Origin: an uncultured bacterium
GTDB taxonomy: Bacteria > Margulisbacteria > WOR-1 > JAKLHX01
Reading direction: 5' to 3'
Length of the DNA: 64,000 bases
Assembly: GCA_964633925.1 (NCBI GenBank)
Contig: CAZWKB010000003.1
Location: 4,598 to 68,597 of the forward strand
Both the position numbers and the translations under genes were made by a program. Under the pieces are notes generated by a model. The model did no database searches, was not told the DNA's origin, and saw only the letters and a list, made by a program, of their open reading frames with translations. How positions within the stretch are numbered: the first letter of the stretch is position 1; every line of letters begins with the position of its first letter. This document shows positions 27,632 through 36,604 of the stretch, piece after piece.

Positions 27632-28326
27632 TGTATACAGTTGAAAGACTCAAATCACAGTCGTATAAGAAATACGCTCGCTCAAACCTTCCAATAAAAT
27701 ATATCGATAACGACATAAGCGAGTTTAGAATAATAGGAGACAATGCAAAACAGAAAAAAAGAAATGAAGAAATGTTCAATAAGTTTATGAATTACTATGA
27801 CAATGTTGGAGAATATCTGAAACAAGGCAGGGGATTGTATCTGTGCGGTCCTGTAGGGGTTGCAAAAACTTGGTTGCTTACTCATTTGGCTAAAAAAATT
27901 ATAGATATTTTTGAACAAGAAAATTCTAAACTTATAGAAGAGGAACAGGAAGGCAATTTAAAAGAACCGACTATGAACAACTTTTACTACATACAAGGAA
28001 CTACAGTTGGTCAGCTAATCTTCCCATCAGGTTTAAATGAGAAAGAGCTTAATATCAGAAGAGGCATAAAAACAATTGCAGGACTTTGGATTGATGATAT
28101 TTCAAAAATTGCTGAAACAAAGAGCGGCCACGAAATATCATTTTTAGACGATGTTATTCGTTGGAGGGATTTGAATATGCTTCCTACATTTTATACTTCA
28201 CAAATACCTTTCGATGCAATTGATGAAGATTTACCAGGGCTTGATAAGTTAATTTCAAAACCAATTCATGATATGATTCGTGGTAACTGTGATATACTTA
28301 CATTCGTTGGTGATAGTCAGAGATAA
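27628..28326 (+). CDS. DnaC/IstB-like AAA+ helicase loader
   Basis: GLYLCGPVGVAKTWLL is a Walker A variant and LWIDDI is Walker B. Sits immediately upstream of DnaB. Confidence 0.6.
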   Translation: MMYTVERLKSQSYKKYARSNLPIKYIDNDISEFRIIGDNAKQKKRNEEMFNKFMNYYDNVGEYLKQGRGLYLCGPVGVAKTWLLTHLAKKIIDIFEQENSKLIEEEQEGNLKEPTMNNFYYIQGTTVGQLIFPSGLNEKELNIRRGIKTIAGLWIDDISKIAETKSGHEISFLDDVIRWRDLNMLPTFYTSQIPFDAIDEDLPGLDKLISKPIHDMIRGNCDILTFVGDSQR

Positions 28327-28342
28327 AGAATAGAATCATTGC

Positions 28343-28371
28343 GTTAATATGATTAATTCAATGGATATAAT
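28343..28371 (+). promoter_or_regulatory. Promoter (GTTAAT-N17-TATAAT)
   Basis: GCGTTAATATGATTAATTCAATGGATATAAT. Lies inside the 5' end of the ORF-track DnaB ORF. Confidence 0.45.
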
Positions 28372-28393
28372 TAAATGGAACGGGGGTGATACT

Positions 28394-29815
28394 GTGGCAG
28401 AAAAAACCAAAATAGCTTCATTCAACATTCAAAACGAAATGATAGTCCTTGCTAACATGTTTAAATCTACAAAAATTCGTAAAAGACTTGCTAAAGATTT
28501 AAAACCCTACCATTGGATTGGTAAGAAGCATAGGACTATTTTTAATGTTTTATGTAGAATGGTAGATAAAAATTTGGAGTTTGATTTAGATACATTCGAG
28601 TCATTGGTGTCAGAAGATGAAGAGTTTGGTGGTTTAATTTACATACAAAAAATTGAACTATTGTTTGATGAGAATGCTAATATAGATTATCACGTAGAAT
28701 TACTTAAAGTTGATTCTGTTAAGTATCATATTAAAGAAAGGCGCTTAACGAAATTAACTGATGCAATAGAAGACCCGCATTCAGAGCTTTCAAAAATAAC
28801 TGAAATAATTGAAAGTATTAAGCGTGAGATAATTGAGAATTTCAGTCAAGCCAATTTATTATCTGGAGTAGAATTACGTAAGTCTTGGTGGAAGGATTTT
28901 CAACAAAGAAAAAAGGAAAGCATATTCATCCCAACTGGAATACAGGGTCTGGATAAAAAATTAGCAGAAGGTTTAGCAAGAAAGAAATGTTCAATTTGGT
29001 CTGCACGTCCTGGTATGGGAAAATCTACTACGATGGCAAATATAGCATTAAGAATATCCAGAGGTAAGATGGCAGATGGTGAGTTTATATGCGAACCAAA
29101 GAAAGTTTTGTTAGTTCCATTAGAAACTGGACACCTACCTTATTTAGATATTATGGTATCAATTCTTGTAAAGGAAAAAATTAAACAAGAAATTGAACAA
29201 AATGTCGTAATACCAAACGGTATGTATGGCGTCCCTTTGGAAAAGCTTGTTAGATATACAAATCAAATTACTGCAGACGAAGATAAATATATCAAATGGG
29301 CTTTAGATGAAATTTTTTCAAACGATAATTTAGTTACGACTGATAACCCTAGTTTGAGTCTGTCAGAACTTGAAGCTATATTAGAGGAAAATACTTTTGA
29401 TGTTTGCATTATGGACTTATGGGAAAAGCTAACTGACGTTAAAATAGAAGCTTCCTGTATAGCAGAAAAACTGAATAAAACACAGGCAATAGCTAAGGAA
29501 TGCAATGTTCATATGGCAATAGTACAGCAGATAAAAAGAAGTGAAGATAGAAAAGGTAAAAGAAATAAACGTCCAAACATAGAGTTATTGAAAAACTCCG
29601 GTGGTTATGAAGAAATTGCTGACTTAATTGTAATGATGCATAGAGAAAAATATTATGACCCAGAGATTGAGGACGACATAATTGAATATATAATTGGTAA
29701 ACAAAGACGTGGTGCTATGAATAAGTCTGTTTACCATAGATTTGAATCTGCATATGGAGTAATAGGAGAATATGTTAAAGCATATGCAAATAATCAAAAC
29801 GACGATGTATTTTGA
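28394..29815 (+). CDS. dnaB: Replicative DNA helicase DnaB
   Basis: GIQGLDKKL...IWSARPGMGKST (Walker A) and a RecA-like C-terminal domain. GTG 28394 follows GGGGGTGAT. The ORF extends upstream to 28349. Confidence 0.8.
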   Translation: MAEKTKIASFNIQNEMIVLANMFKSTKIRKRLAKDLKPYHWIGKKHRTIFNVLCRMVDKNLEFDLDTFESLVSEDEEFGGLIYIQKIELLFDENANIDYHVELLKVDSVKYHIKERRLTKLTDAIEDPHSELSKITEIIESIKREIIENFSQANLLSGVELRKSWWKDFQQRKKESIFIPTGIQGLDKKLAEGLARKKCSIWSARPGMGKSTTMANIALRISRGKMADGEFICEPKKVLLVPLETGHLPYLDIMVSILVKEKIKQEIEQNVVIPNGMYGVPLEKLVRYTNQITADEDKYIKWALDEIFSNDNLVTTDNPSLSLSELEAILEENTFDVCIMDLWEKLTDVKIEASCIAEKLNKTQAIAKECNVHMAIVQQIKRSEDRKGKRNKRPNIELLKNSGGYEEIADLIVMMHREKYYDPEIEDDIIEYIIGKQRRGAMNKSVYHRFESAYGVIGEYVKAYANNQNDDVF

Positions 29816-29824
29816 GGTGATATT

Positions 29825-31096
29825 ATGGCAGATATGATTCATAGCATAGTTAAAAGAGGAAAGCTTAAAAAAATAAAGAAAATGATTGACATTAAGGTAT
29901 TGCTTAAAGCTATAAACGCAACTACTAAATCTGCTAAGCCTTATGGTTCTGAACTTTGGGATGTATGCCCAAACCCAAAGCATAAAGACTCATCACCTTC
30001 TTGGTCAATTAACATAAATCCAGATGACGATAAGTTTGGCGTTCACAGTTGCTTTTCTTGCGGCTATAGAGGTAACTTTATAACGCTGACTGCAGATAAA
30101 CTTACGCAGTCTATGGGAAGAAAGGTTGATAATAAAGAAGCTTTAGAGTTTATCGTCAAACTGTTCACCCTGGATGAAGTAGATGAAGATGCTTTATATG
30201 GTTTAATATTAGATGAAAGACAGCAGATAAGAGAAGATTTAACTAAAGGTCCTGAAGGTCCAAAAGAATCGCAATTACCGAATGATGACAAAACAGGTCA
30301 TTTTAAATTATTAAAACCTTGCCATAAAATATATTGGAATTACCTTACTAAACCATTGCTAGAGGGCGGTAGAGAAATCAAACCCGAGCTTATTGATAAA
30401 TATGGTATTGGGTTGTGCGATGATGGTCTATATCGCAAAAGAATCATCATACCATTTTATCAGAAAGATGTTTTAATTTCATTTTTAGCAAGAAGTATTT
30501 TGCCTACTATTAAATCAATAAAAAAGGGTGGAGACGAATTTGTTATTTGCCCTGAATGCGGTAAAGCAAATATGTTTACAGCTTTAGAATGTATTAAGTG
30601 TGACTATGTATTGACAGGGTACGTTGTTAAGAAAGCTCGCTCACGATATCCAAAAGGAAGCACTATGGAATTTATGCTTTGGTCTTATGATGATTTGGAT
30701 GACAGTTTGGATTATGTAATTATTGTCGAAGGTGCGATGGATAAGCTAAGACTTGAAAGTTTGTGTTATAAGAATGTACTTTGCGCATTCGGAAATAAAA
30801 TATCTGATTTTCAGGTAGAATTGTTAAAGGAATATGAAAAGAGAGTTATTGAAAATACTGGTAAGAAATTAAGAATATTTTTATTTCCAGATGCAGATGA
30901 AGGTGGAGACCATTTTATTGAAGTGGCAAATCTAAAAATAAAATATACTTTTCAATGTTTCGTAGTCCAATTACCCTGGAATGAGAAAAATCCTTTAGAC
31001 CCAGGCAGTGCAACTCCAAAACAAATAAGAACTGCATTTAATACTTGTGAAAAACTGTATAAAGTTTATATGAAAAAATTTGAAAATTTGAACTAA
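29825..31096 (+). CDS. dnaG: DNA primase (DnaG-like: CHC2 zinc finger + TOPRIM) with an extra zinc ribbon
   Basis: CPNPKHKDSSPSWSIN...HSCFSCGYRGN is a zf-CHC2 motif. IIVEGAMDKL...FPDADEGGD is TOPRIM. CPECGKANMFTALECIKCDY is inserted. Confidence 0.75.
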   Translation: MADMIHSIVKRGKLKKIKKMIDIKVLLKAINATTKSAKPYGSELWDVCPNPKHKDSSPSWSININPDDDKFGVHSCFSCGYRGNFITLTADKLTQSMGRKVDNKEALEFIVKLFTLDEVDEDALYGLILDERQQIREDLTKGPEGPKESQLPNDDKTGHFKLLKPCHKIYWNYLTKPLLEGGREIKPELIDKYGIGLCDDGLYRKRIIIPFYQKDVLISFLARSILPTIKSIKKGGDEFVICPECGKANMFTALECIKCDYVLTGYVVKKARSRYPKGSTMEFMLWSYDDLDDSLDYVIIVEGAMDKLRLESLCYKNVLCAFGNKISDFQVELLKEYEKRVIENTGKKLRIFLFPDADEGGDHFIEVANLKIKYTFQCFVVQLPWNEKNPLDPGSATPKQIRTAFNTCEKLYKVYMKKFENLN

Positions 31097-31147
31097 GTCT
31101 GCATTTAATTTTTATAATCTATGGATATAATATATAGGGGCGGTGTT

Positions 31148-31348
31148 ATGCGAAACATTACAAAATTCAAAACTAAAGATGGCATAATTAAGTATAGAAT
31201 TAAATGGATTGATTTGACTTCAGACAGTAAAGAACCTATAGTGGAGTGGGTTACTGAAAACGAGTTTGAATTGCTTATGAATTCAGCAGATTTTAACGAA
31301 AATGCCAATCTGATTGAGTGGCCGCGCATTAACTATAAGGGGGGATAA
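31148..31348 (+). CDS. Small hypothetical protein
   Basis: ATG 31148 follows AGGGGCGGTG. The ORF-track start is 31121. Confidence 0.4.
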   Translation: MRNITKFKTKDGIIKYRIKWIDLTSDSKEPIVEWVTENEFELLMNSADFNENANLIEWPRINYKGG

Positions 31349-31352
31349 ATAT

Positions 31353-31655
31353 ATGTATAATCTTGCAGATATTCAAAACTTAATAGAAAGTACTGTTGAA
31401 GAATTTTATAGTTTAGACGAACGTCGCAGAAGTTTTATTACAGACTTGGTAAAAAACAAAAATGTAAAATGGTCTCGTATAGAACTAATGAAGATGTTGA
31501 TGATTTATAATAAATCTATTGAATTAAATTGCAGTATTACTTCACCAAACATAATTACGTTTTCATCTTTTATAGATAATAATTCTCAAACCATTAACAA
31601 TCTATTAAAAGAGTATGATTTTAAATATAGAATTATGTGTGGTGTTTCAGTTTAA
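31353..31655 (+). CDS. Small hypothetical protein
   Basis: ATG 31353 follows AGGGGGGA. The ORF-track start is 31314. Confidence 0.4.
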   Translation: MYNLADIQNLIESTVEEFYSLDERRRSFITDLVKNKNVKWSRIELMKMLMIYNKSIELNCSITSPNIITFSSFIDNNSQTINNLLKEYDFKYRIMCGVSV

Positions 31656-31680
31656 GGTAGGCGTCGGCCTACCTTTTTAT
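31654..31680 (+). terminator. Rho-independent terminator
   Basis: GGTAGGC-GTCG-GCCTACC followed by TTTTT. Confidence 0.8.
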
Positions 31681-31762
31681 ATTATATAATAAGGAAAATC
31701 ATTGGTTTATGCATTATAAAGATTAAAAATTTAATAACTTAATGCAATTTTAACTATCTTTT

Positions 31763-31791
31763 GTTAAAATGAGCCAACCTTTTAATATAAT
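31763..31791 (+). promoter_or_regulatory. Promoter (GTTAAA-N17-TATAAT)
   Basis: TTGTTAAAATGAGCCAACCTTTTAATATAATATAATTATA. Confidence 0.5.
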
Positions 31792-31822
31792 ATAATTATA
31801 GATAAACAAAGGGGTTGTTAGA

Positions 31823-33715
31823 ATGGCGTTAAAAATAGTAAAGCAGAAAAAACAATTTAATGAGCAGCAAATGGAAGTTATAAACCATAATGATGGAGCT
31901 TGCGTTGTTGTTGCAGTGGCAGGGGCCGGAAAAACTACTGCTGTTGTTGAGAGAATAAGTCGTATGATTAAACAGAAAGTTGCTAAACCAAGTGAGATTC
32001 TGGCAACTACGTTTACCAAAAAGGCAGCTAACGAAATGAACGAAAGGCTTAAAGCATTGGGTGTAGATACTGAAGAAATACAGGTTTCCACATTCCATTC
32101 AATATGTTATAAGATTCTTTTAGAAGAACTTAGAAAAGTTAAAGCTAAATACGACCTTGATGCATCCGGCAGTAAATCAAAAACTCTTTTGAAATATGTT
32201 CTTGGATATCAATGCATGAACTGGAAGGACGCAAGGATAAGCGAAGTCGAAAGTTTCATTTCTAATTGTAAAAATTCTCTGGTAAGGCCATGCGATGTAG
32301 ATATTCAGCTGCACGGTCTTTTGCTTAAACAGGCTTATGAAAAATTTGAAAAATATCGTGAAGAAAGACAGTTTTTAACTTTTGATGATATGTTAATTCG
32401 GTGTTGGGAGATTTTTGATGAACATCCAGAAATTTTAGAGTATTGGCAGAAAAAGTTTAAATATGTTATTGTCGATGAGTTTCAGGACACAAATAAAGCA
32501 CAGTATGAGATAATGAAGATGATGACTCTGCCAGGTAATAATATAATGGTTGTTGGAGACGATGACCAGTCAATATATTCTTGGCGAGGTGCTGTACCAG
32601 AATATATGATTAATTTTGAACAGAATTTTGGTGCTAGAGTAATAAGGATGGAGAAAAATTATAGATGCCCGCAAATTGTAGGTAAACTTGCAAATCCACT
32701 TATTTCCAATAATATTAAAAGGCTGCAGAAAGTTCTTTCTGCACAGAAACAAAAGGATGGAAGTTTAAAGATAATTGATAGTGCTGATTTTGATGAAGAG
32801 GCATTAAGGGTTGTCGAATATATTAAAAGTCTTCCTGAGTTTGAAGAAAAGAAATATGGACAAATCGCAGTCCTCTATAGAACTAACGCACAATCTAGAG
32901 CTATGGAGGACTGCTTAATTATAGAAAATATACCATATGAGCTTGTTGGTGGGATGAATTTTTATCAAAGAAAAGAAATAAAAGATATATTACATTATTT
33001 CTATGCTGCTTTGGATTGCGGTGGTAGGACTGATGAAGGATTTGAAAGAATAATCAATGTCCCTTTTAGGTTTTTAGGTAAAGCTTTTATTGATGGGATT
33101 GCAGAATTTAGAAAAAACAATGGATGTAGTTTTGAACAAGCTTTAAAAGATATGCCGACTACAAGGAACCAAGAATCACAGATAAGCGATTTGTTACAGA
33201 CTATTGAAGATATTAGAAAAAGGAAAGATGATTCTCCTCAGACGTTAATATCTTGGTTAGTTGAATCTATAAAATATTATGAATATATTGCAAAACAAGA
33301 AGGAGAAGCAGATGAAGAAAGTAATAGGTCGTCTAATATAAAAGAACTTATTCGTGCATCCGGAAAATTCCCTACAATTATGAAATTTATCGAATATATA
33401 GATATGTTAAACACTAAAAAGAAAAAACGCGAACCAAAGAATAAAGTAATTTTATCTACAATACATAGGTCAAAAGGACTTGAATGGGATAACGTAATTA
33501 TGATTGGAGTGAACGAAGCAATTTTACCGCATGGTAGAAATTCAGACCCAATAGGTTTAGAAGAGGAAAGGCGCTTAGCATATGTTGGAGTTACGAGAGC
33601 AAAGGAAAGATTGCTATTAAGTTTTGTTCAAAGCGCTACTGTTGGTGGTGGAGTTAGAGAATTAAAACCGAGTAGGTTTTTGACTGAAATGAATCTCATG
33701 ACAAATAGACACTAA
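31823..33715 (+). CDS. UvrD/PcrA/Rep-family SF1 DNA helicase
   Basis: VVAVAGAGKTT (motif I), VIVDEFQDTN (motif II), GDDDQSIYSWRGA, TIHRSKGLEW and YVGVTRAK. Confidence 0.85.
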   Translation: MALKIVKQKKQFNEQQMEVINHNDGACVVVAVAGAGKTTAVVERISRMIKQKVAKPSEILATTFTKKAANEMNERLKALGVDTEEIQVSTFHSICYKILLEELRKVKAKYDLDASGSKSKTLLKYVLGYQCMNWKDARISEVESFISNCKNSLVRPCDVDIQLHGLLLKQAYEKFEKYREERQFLTFDDMLIRCWEIFDEHPEILEYWQKKFKYVIVDEFQDTNKAQYEIMKMMTLPGNNIMVVGDDDQSIYSWRGAVPEYMINFEQNFGARVIRMEKNYRCPQIVGKLANPLISNNIKRLQKVLSAQKQKDGSLKIIDSADFDEEALRVVEYIKSLPEFEEKKYGQIAVLYRTNAQSRAMEDCLIIENIPYELVGGMNFYQRKEIKDILHYFYAALDCGGRTDEGFERIINVPFRFLGKAFIDGIAEFRKNNGCSFEQALKDMPTTRNQESQISDLLQTIEDIRKRKDDSPQTLISWLVESIKYYEYIAKQEGEADEESNRSSNIKELIRASGKFPTIMKFIEYIDMLNTKKKKREPKNKVILSTIHRSKGLEWDNVIMIGVNEAILPHGRNSDPIGLEEERRLAYVGVTRAKERLLLSFVQSATVGGGVRELKPSRFLTEMNLMTNRH

Positions 33716-33731
33716 AAATGCAAAAAAAGAA

Positions 33732-33760
33732 TTTACTTTTAGATTAAAGAGGTGTATAAT
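33732..33760 (+). promoter_or_regulatory. Promoter (TTTACT-N17-TATAAT); the -10 lies within an 11-bp inverted repeat
   Basis: GGTGTATAATTATATTATAA. GGTGTATAATT (33751-33761) pairs with AATTATACACC (33797-33807). Confidence 0.45.
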
Positions 33761-33850
33761 TATATTATAATAAATATTATTTCCAAATAGATATAAAATT
33801 ATACACCGTTAAGACAATTTGTTTTAATGGTTAAAATGGGGGTTTACAAA

Positions 33851-34594
33851 ATGGAGGAAAGGAAATTTGATGAGGCTAAATTTTTGCTTTATAAAGAAAC
33901 TGGAGACGAAGCGATATTTGAGGATATTATAAAGAGCAGTGAGGTTAGGAATTACATATACTCTGTATGTCAACAAAAAATGCGTAATTATCCTTCAACC
34001 TTAATGGCATTAGATGATTTTATCAATATCGCTTATTTAGTCGTTTGGCAATGTATTCATAAATATAGATTTAGATGCCCTATATGCGGAATACAGGCTA
34101 AGACAGAATCTGTCTATAAGCTTCATGTTATAACAAAACACGGAGATTATCACGAACCTTCGACTAGCATTTCAAAATATATAAAGTTCAATTTAGGAGC
34201 CTATCTTCAAAACGAATTAAGAAGAGAATACAGTGAAGAAAGAAAATCTAATGTAATGTCGGTAAGTATATTTTCACCATCTTCCGGTGAAGAGGATGAT
34301 GAAACACTTTCTGATAGAATGGAATTTGAAATTTCACAAAATGGAAGTTTTGAAGATGAAGTAACGTTTAATCATTGCTTGAATGGTATTGTTGATAAGT
34401 TTGACAAACAAACTAAAGAAATTTTTATAATGCTGTTTAGAGATAATATGAAACAGATTGATATTGCTAATAAACTATTCAATGATAAACGTTATGCGTC
34501 TGAACAATCTGCATCTGTGGTGGTTTCTAGAACTATAAAAAATAAAATATATCCAGTTTTAAAAGACATTTATAACAAAATCCATTTATTATAA
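33851..34594 (+). CDS. Sigma-70-family-like factor with an embedded classical C2H2 zinc finger
   Basis: DFINIAYLVVWQCIHKY is region-2-like. The C-terminal KEIFIMLF..MKQIDIANKL..SVVVSRTIK is a region-4-like HTH. CPICGIQAKTESVYKLHVITKH has C-x2-C-x12-H-x4-H spacing. ATG 33851 follows GGGGG; alternative starts are 33827 and 33836. Confidence 0.55.
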   Translation: MEERKFDEAKFLLYKETGDEAIFEDIIKSSEVRNYIYSVCQQKMRNYPSTLMALDDFINIAYLVVWQCIHKYRFRCPICGIQAKTESVYKLHVITKHGDYHEPSTSISKYIKFNLGAYLQNELRREYSEERKSNVMSVSIFSPSSGEEDDETLSDRMEFEISQNGSFEDEVTFNHCLNGIVDKFDKQTKEIFIMLFRDNMKQIDIANKLFNDKRYASEQSASVVVSRTIKNKIYPVLKDIYNKIHLL

Positions 34595-34612
34595 ACTTTT
34601 TTACTAAAAGTC

Positions 34613-34641
34613 GTTTATTTTAGAAAAAAAGATGATATATT
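34613..34641 (+). promoter_or_regulatory. Promoter (GTTTAT-N17-TATATT, extended TG)
   Basis: TCGTTTATTTTAGAAAAAAAGATGATATATTATAAT. Confidence 0.45.
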
Positions 34642-34696
34642 ATAATTAACAGTTATTTAAACTGAATAAATTAAAATCAAAGAAGGAGATGCAATT

Positions 34697-35521
34697 ATGG
34701 GTAAAATTACTGTTTCTTCCTTGCAAAGCGGCTGCAAGGACTTGGGGATTGAAACATCCTCAAAAAAAGCAAAAGAACTTGAGGGACTTATCGACGAAAA
34801 GCTTTCTGAAATGGAACTTGGTTATGAATGCCCTTCATGTGCAAAAGACATTCCTGATGTAAAAACATGCCCCTACTGCGGCGAGTCTTTTGAAGAGGCT
34901 GATGAAGATGCAGAAGCTGGCGGCGAAGACACTGGTGATGAAGATGCAGAAGCTGGGGAAGATGCGGATGCAGAAGCTGGCGAAGATACTGAAGCTGGGG
35001 AAGATGCAGATGCAGAAGCTGGCGACGGTGACGGCGAAGCCGACCCTGACAAAGAAATTGAAAAAGCAGCAAGCGACGTTGCTAAAAAGGTAGCTGATAA
35101 GAAAAGCACTAAGGCTGTCGACAAAGGCAAAGCAAAAGGTAAAGAAGAAAAGAAAGAGTCAGGCAAGAAAGGTCGTCCCGAAGGCACAACTGTAGATACT
35201 CAAAAGAAGAATGAGGAATTTGCAGCTTTCACTGCAGAAATTGACGAACTTCTTGGTGAAGATTTTGAAAAGCGTGAAAGAAAAACCGGCGTAACATATG
35301 TTAAGGACGGCAAAAGGTTGCTCAAGGCTGTTTCCACCGGCAAAACTCTTGTAGTAGAGCTTAATGCTGAAGTTTCTTCCGACGTTGACGGTATCACAAA
35401 ATACACAGAAGAGGAAGCAAAACAAAAGCACTTAGGAACAACAAAGGCAATTTATGATGGCGGCGATACTGCCGTAGCTTTAAAGCTTATCAAGGAAGCT
35501 TTAAAGAATTTTGGAAAGTAA
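34697..35521 (+). CDS. Zinc-ribbon protein with a highly acidic tandem-repeat tract and a Lys-rich segment (monocistronic)
   Basis: CPSCAKDIPDVKTCPYCGE zinc ribbon. (E/D)DA(D/E)AEAGED repeats. Has its own promoter and terminator. Confidence 0.6.
   Translation: MGKITVSSLQSGCKDLGIETSSKKAKELEGLIDEKLSEMELGYECPSCAKDIPDVKTCPYCGESFEEADEDAEAGGEDTGDEDAEAGEDADAEAGEDTEAGEDADAEAGDGDGEADPDKEIEKAASDVAKKVADKKSTKAVDKGKAKGKEEKKESGKKGRPEGTTVDTQKKNEEFAAFTAEIDELLGEDFEKRERKTGVTYVKDGKRLLKAVSTGKTLVVELNAEVSSDVDGITKYTEEEAKQKHLGTTKAIYDGGDTAVALKLIKEALKNFGK
34898..35040 (+). repeat. Imperfect in-frame tandem repeats (GAAGATGCAGAAGCTGG units)
   Basis: At least four copies of GATGCAGAAGCTGG, encoding the acidic tract. 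Confidence 0.85.
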
Positions 35522-35535
35522 ATATAACTTTAAAA

Positions 35536-35570
35536 AAGGGGGAGGCTTAAACCTCTCCCTTTTATTTTGC
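35536..35570 (+). terminator. Rho-independent terminator
   Basis: GGGGGAGG-CTTAAA-CCTCTCCC (one G-U pair) followed by TTTTATTTT. Confidence 0.75.
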
Positions 35571-35633
35571 AAATTTTTCTGCATAGAATAAAATGACAAT
35601 ACTGTTTTTGAAAGAAAAAATAAAACTCAATGC

Positions 35634-35662
35634 GTTAATAAGTGTATTAAATGTGATATAAT
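35634..35662 (+). promoter_or_regulatory. Promoter (GTTAAT-N17-TATAAT, extended TG) of the modification island
   Basis: GCGTTAATAAGTGTATTAAATGTGATATAATTATATTATAAAG. Confidence 0.6.
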
Positions 35663-35692
35663 TATATTATAAAGCAGTAGGAGGTTTTGAGG

Positions 35693-36604
35693 TTGTCAAA
35701 GTATATTATTGGTGGAGGGATTGCCGGTTTAATTGCGGCTTATTATAATAAAGAATATAAGATTATTTCTCAAGATATTGGCGGTCAAATGGTTTCTAAA
35801 AATGTTGGCCCAAGAATATTAGAAGTAAATCAATATTCTAAAGAATTTCTTAATGATTTAGGCATAAAAGAATGCCCTATCAAAATCGCTAAAATAGGTT
35901 ATAAAGTAGAAGGAAAGCTTGTAAATTCAATATCTGAAGACTTAAGAAAAAAATATTATATTAAGTCAAGATGTTTACATACGGCAGCTATTGTACCAAG
36001 TTCAATAATGTCAGACGGTAAGAGTTTTATTGAATATTTCGATATTGATTGGGACAAAGTTGTTAGTATTTTAGTAAATAGTATAGAAAAACCTATAAAC
36101 GGTAAAGTTAGTTTAATCGATACTACAAATCATATCTTAAAAGTAGAATCTGATGGTTCTGAAATTTTAAGATATGATAGTTTGGTATCGACAATTCCTG
36201 CACCGGTATTCTTTAAAATTTCAAACTTGCAACCAGAACAAGAACTTAAGTATGTTCAAAAGGTTTTTGTAGTAATGAATGAAGACCAAATTGACTTTGG
36301 GGAGTTTGATTATATATATTTCCCAGACTCAGCTCACGGATATCATAGGATATCTAAAACAGGAAATGGAAAGGCTTCAATAGAATATACGACAAATAAG
36401 AGTTATAAGTCTATAATTCAAACTTGGTCAATGTATTCTCGCGAACATCACGTTATTCCTGTTGGTCAGATTCAGAGCGGTAAGGTTCAAGAAATAAATG
36501 ATATTTTGTTTCTTGGAAGATATGCAAGTTGGGACCATGATATAAAAACAGATGATATTGTCAAAATTTGTAGAGATGGGGGTTTGATTAATGCAAAACG
36601 ATAA
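35693..36604 (+). CDS. FAD/NAD(P)-binding Rossmann flavoprotein (UDP-galactopyranose mutase / amine-oxidase-like)
   Basis: IIGGGIAGLIAAYY is GxGxxG at the N-terminus. C-terminal FLGRYASWDHD resembles the UGM GRxxxYxYxxMD motif. TTG 35693 lies 8 nt after AGGAGG. Confidence 0.55.
   Translation: MSKYIIGGGIAGLIAAYYNKEYKIISQDIGGQMVSKNVGPRILEVNQYSKEFLNDLGIKECPIKIAKIGYKVEGKLVNSISEDLRKKYYIKSRCLHTAAIVPSSIMSDGKSFIEYFDIDWDKVVSILVNSIEKPINGKVSLIDTTNHILKVESDGSEILRYDSLVSTIPAPVFFKISNLQPEQELKYVQKVFVVMNEDQIDFGEFDYIYFPDSAHGYHRISKTGNGKASIEYTTNKSYKSIIQTWSMYSREHHVIPVGQIQSGKVQEINDILFLGRYASWDHDIKTDDIVKICRDGGLINAKR

Noticed and set aside
31750-32098. Minus-strand ORFs opposite the UvrD helicase 5' end
   Set aside because: They are shadow ORFs of a well-supported + strand helicase gene (motifs I-VI present) and have no RBS.
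34788-35431. Several overlapping ORFs on both strands across the acidic repeat (34788, 34873, 34890, 35159, 35200)
   Set aside because: They are artefacts of the GA/GC-rich tandem repeat, which stays open in many frames. Only the + frame starting at 34697 has an RBS, a promoter and a terminator.
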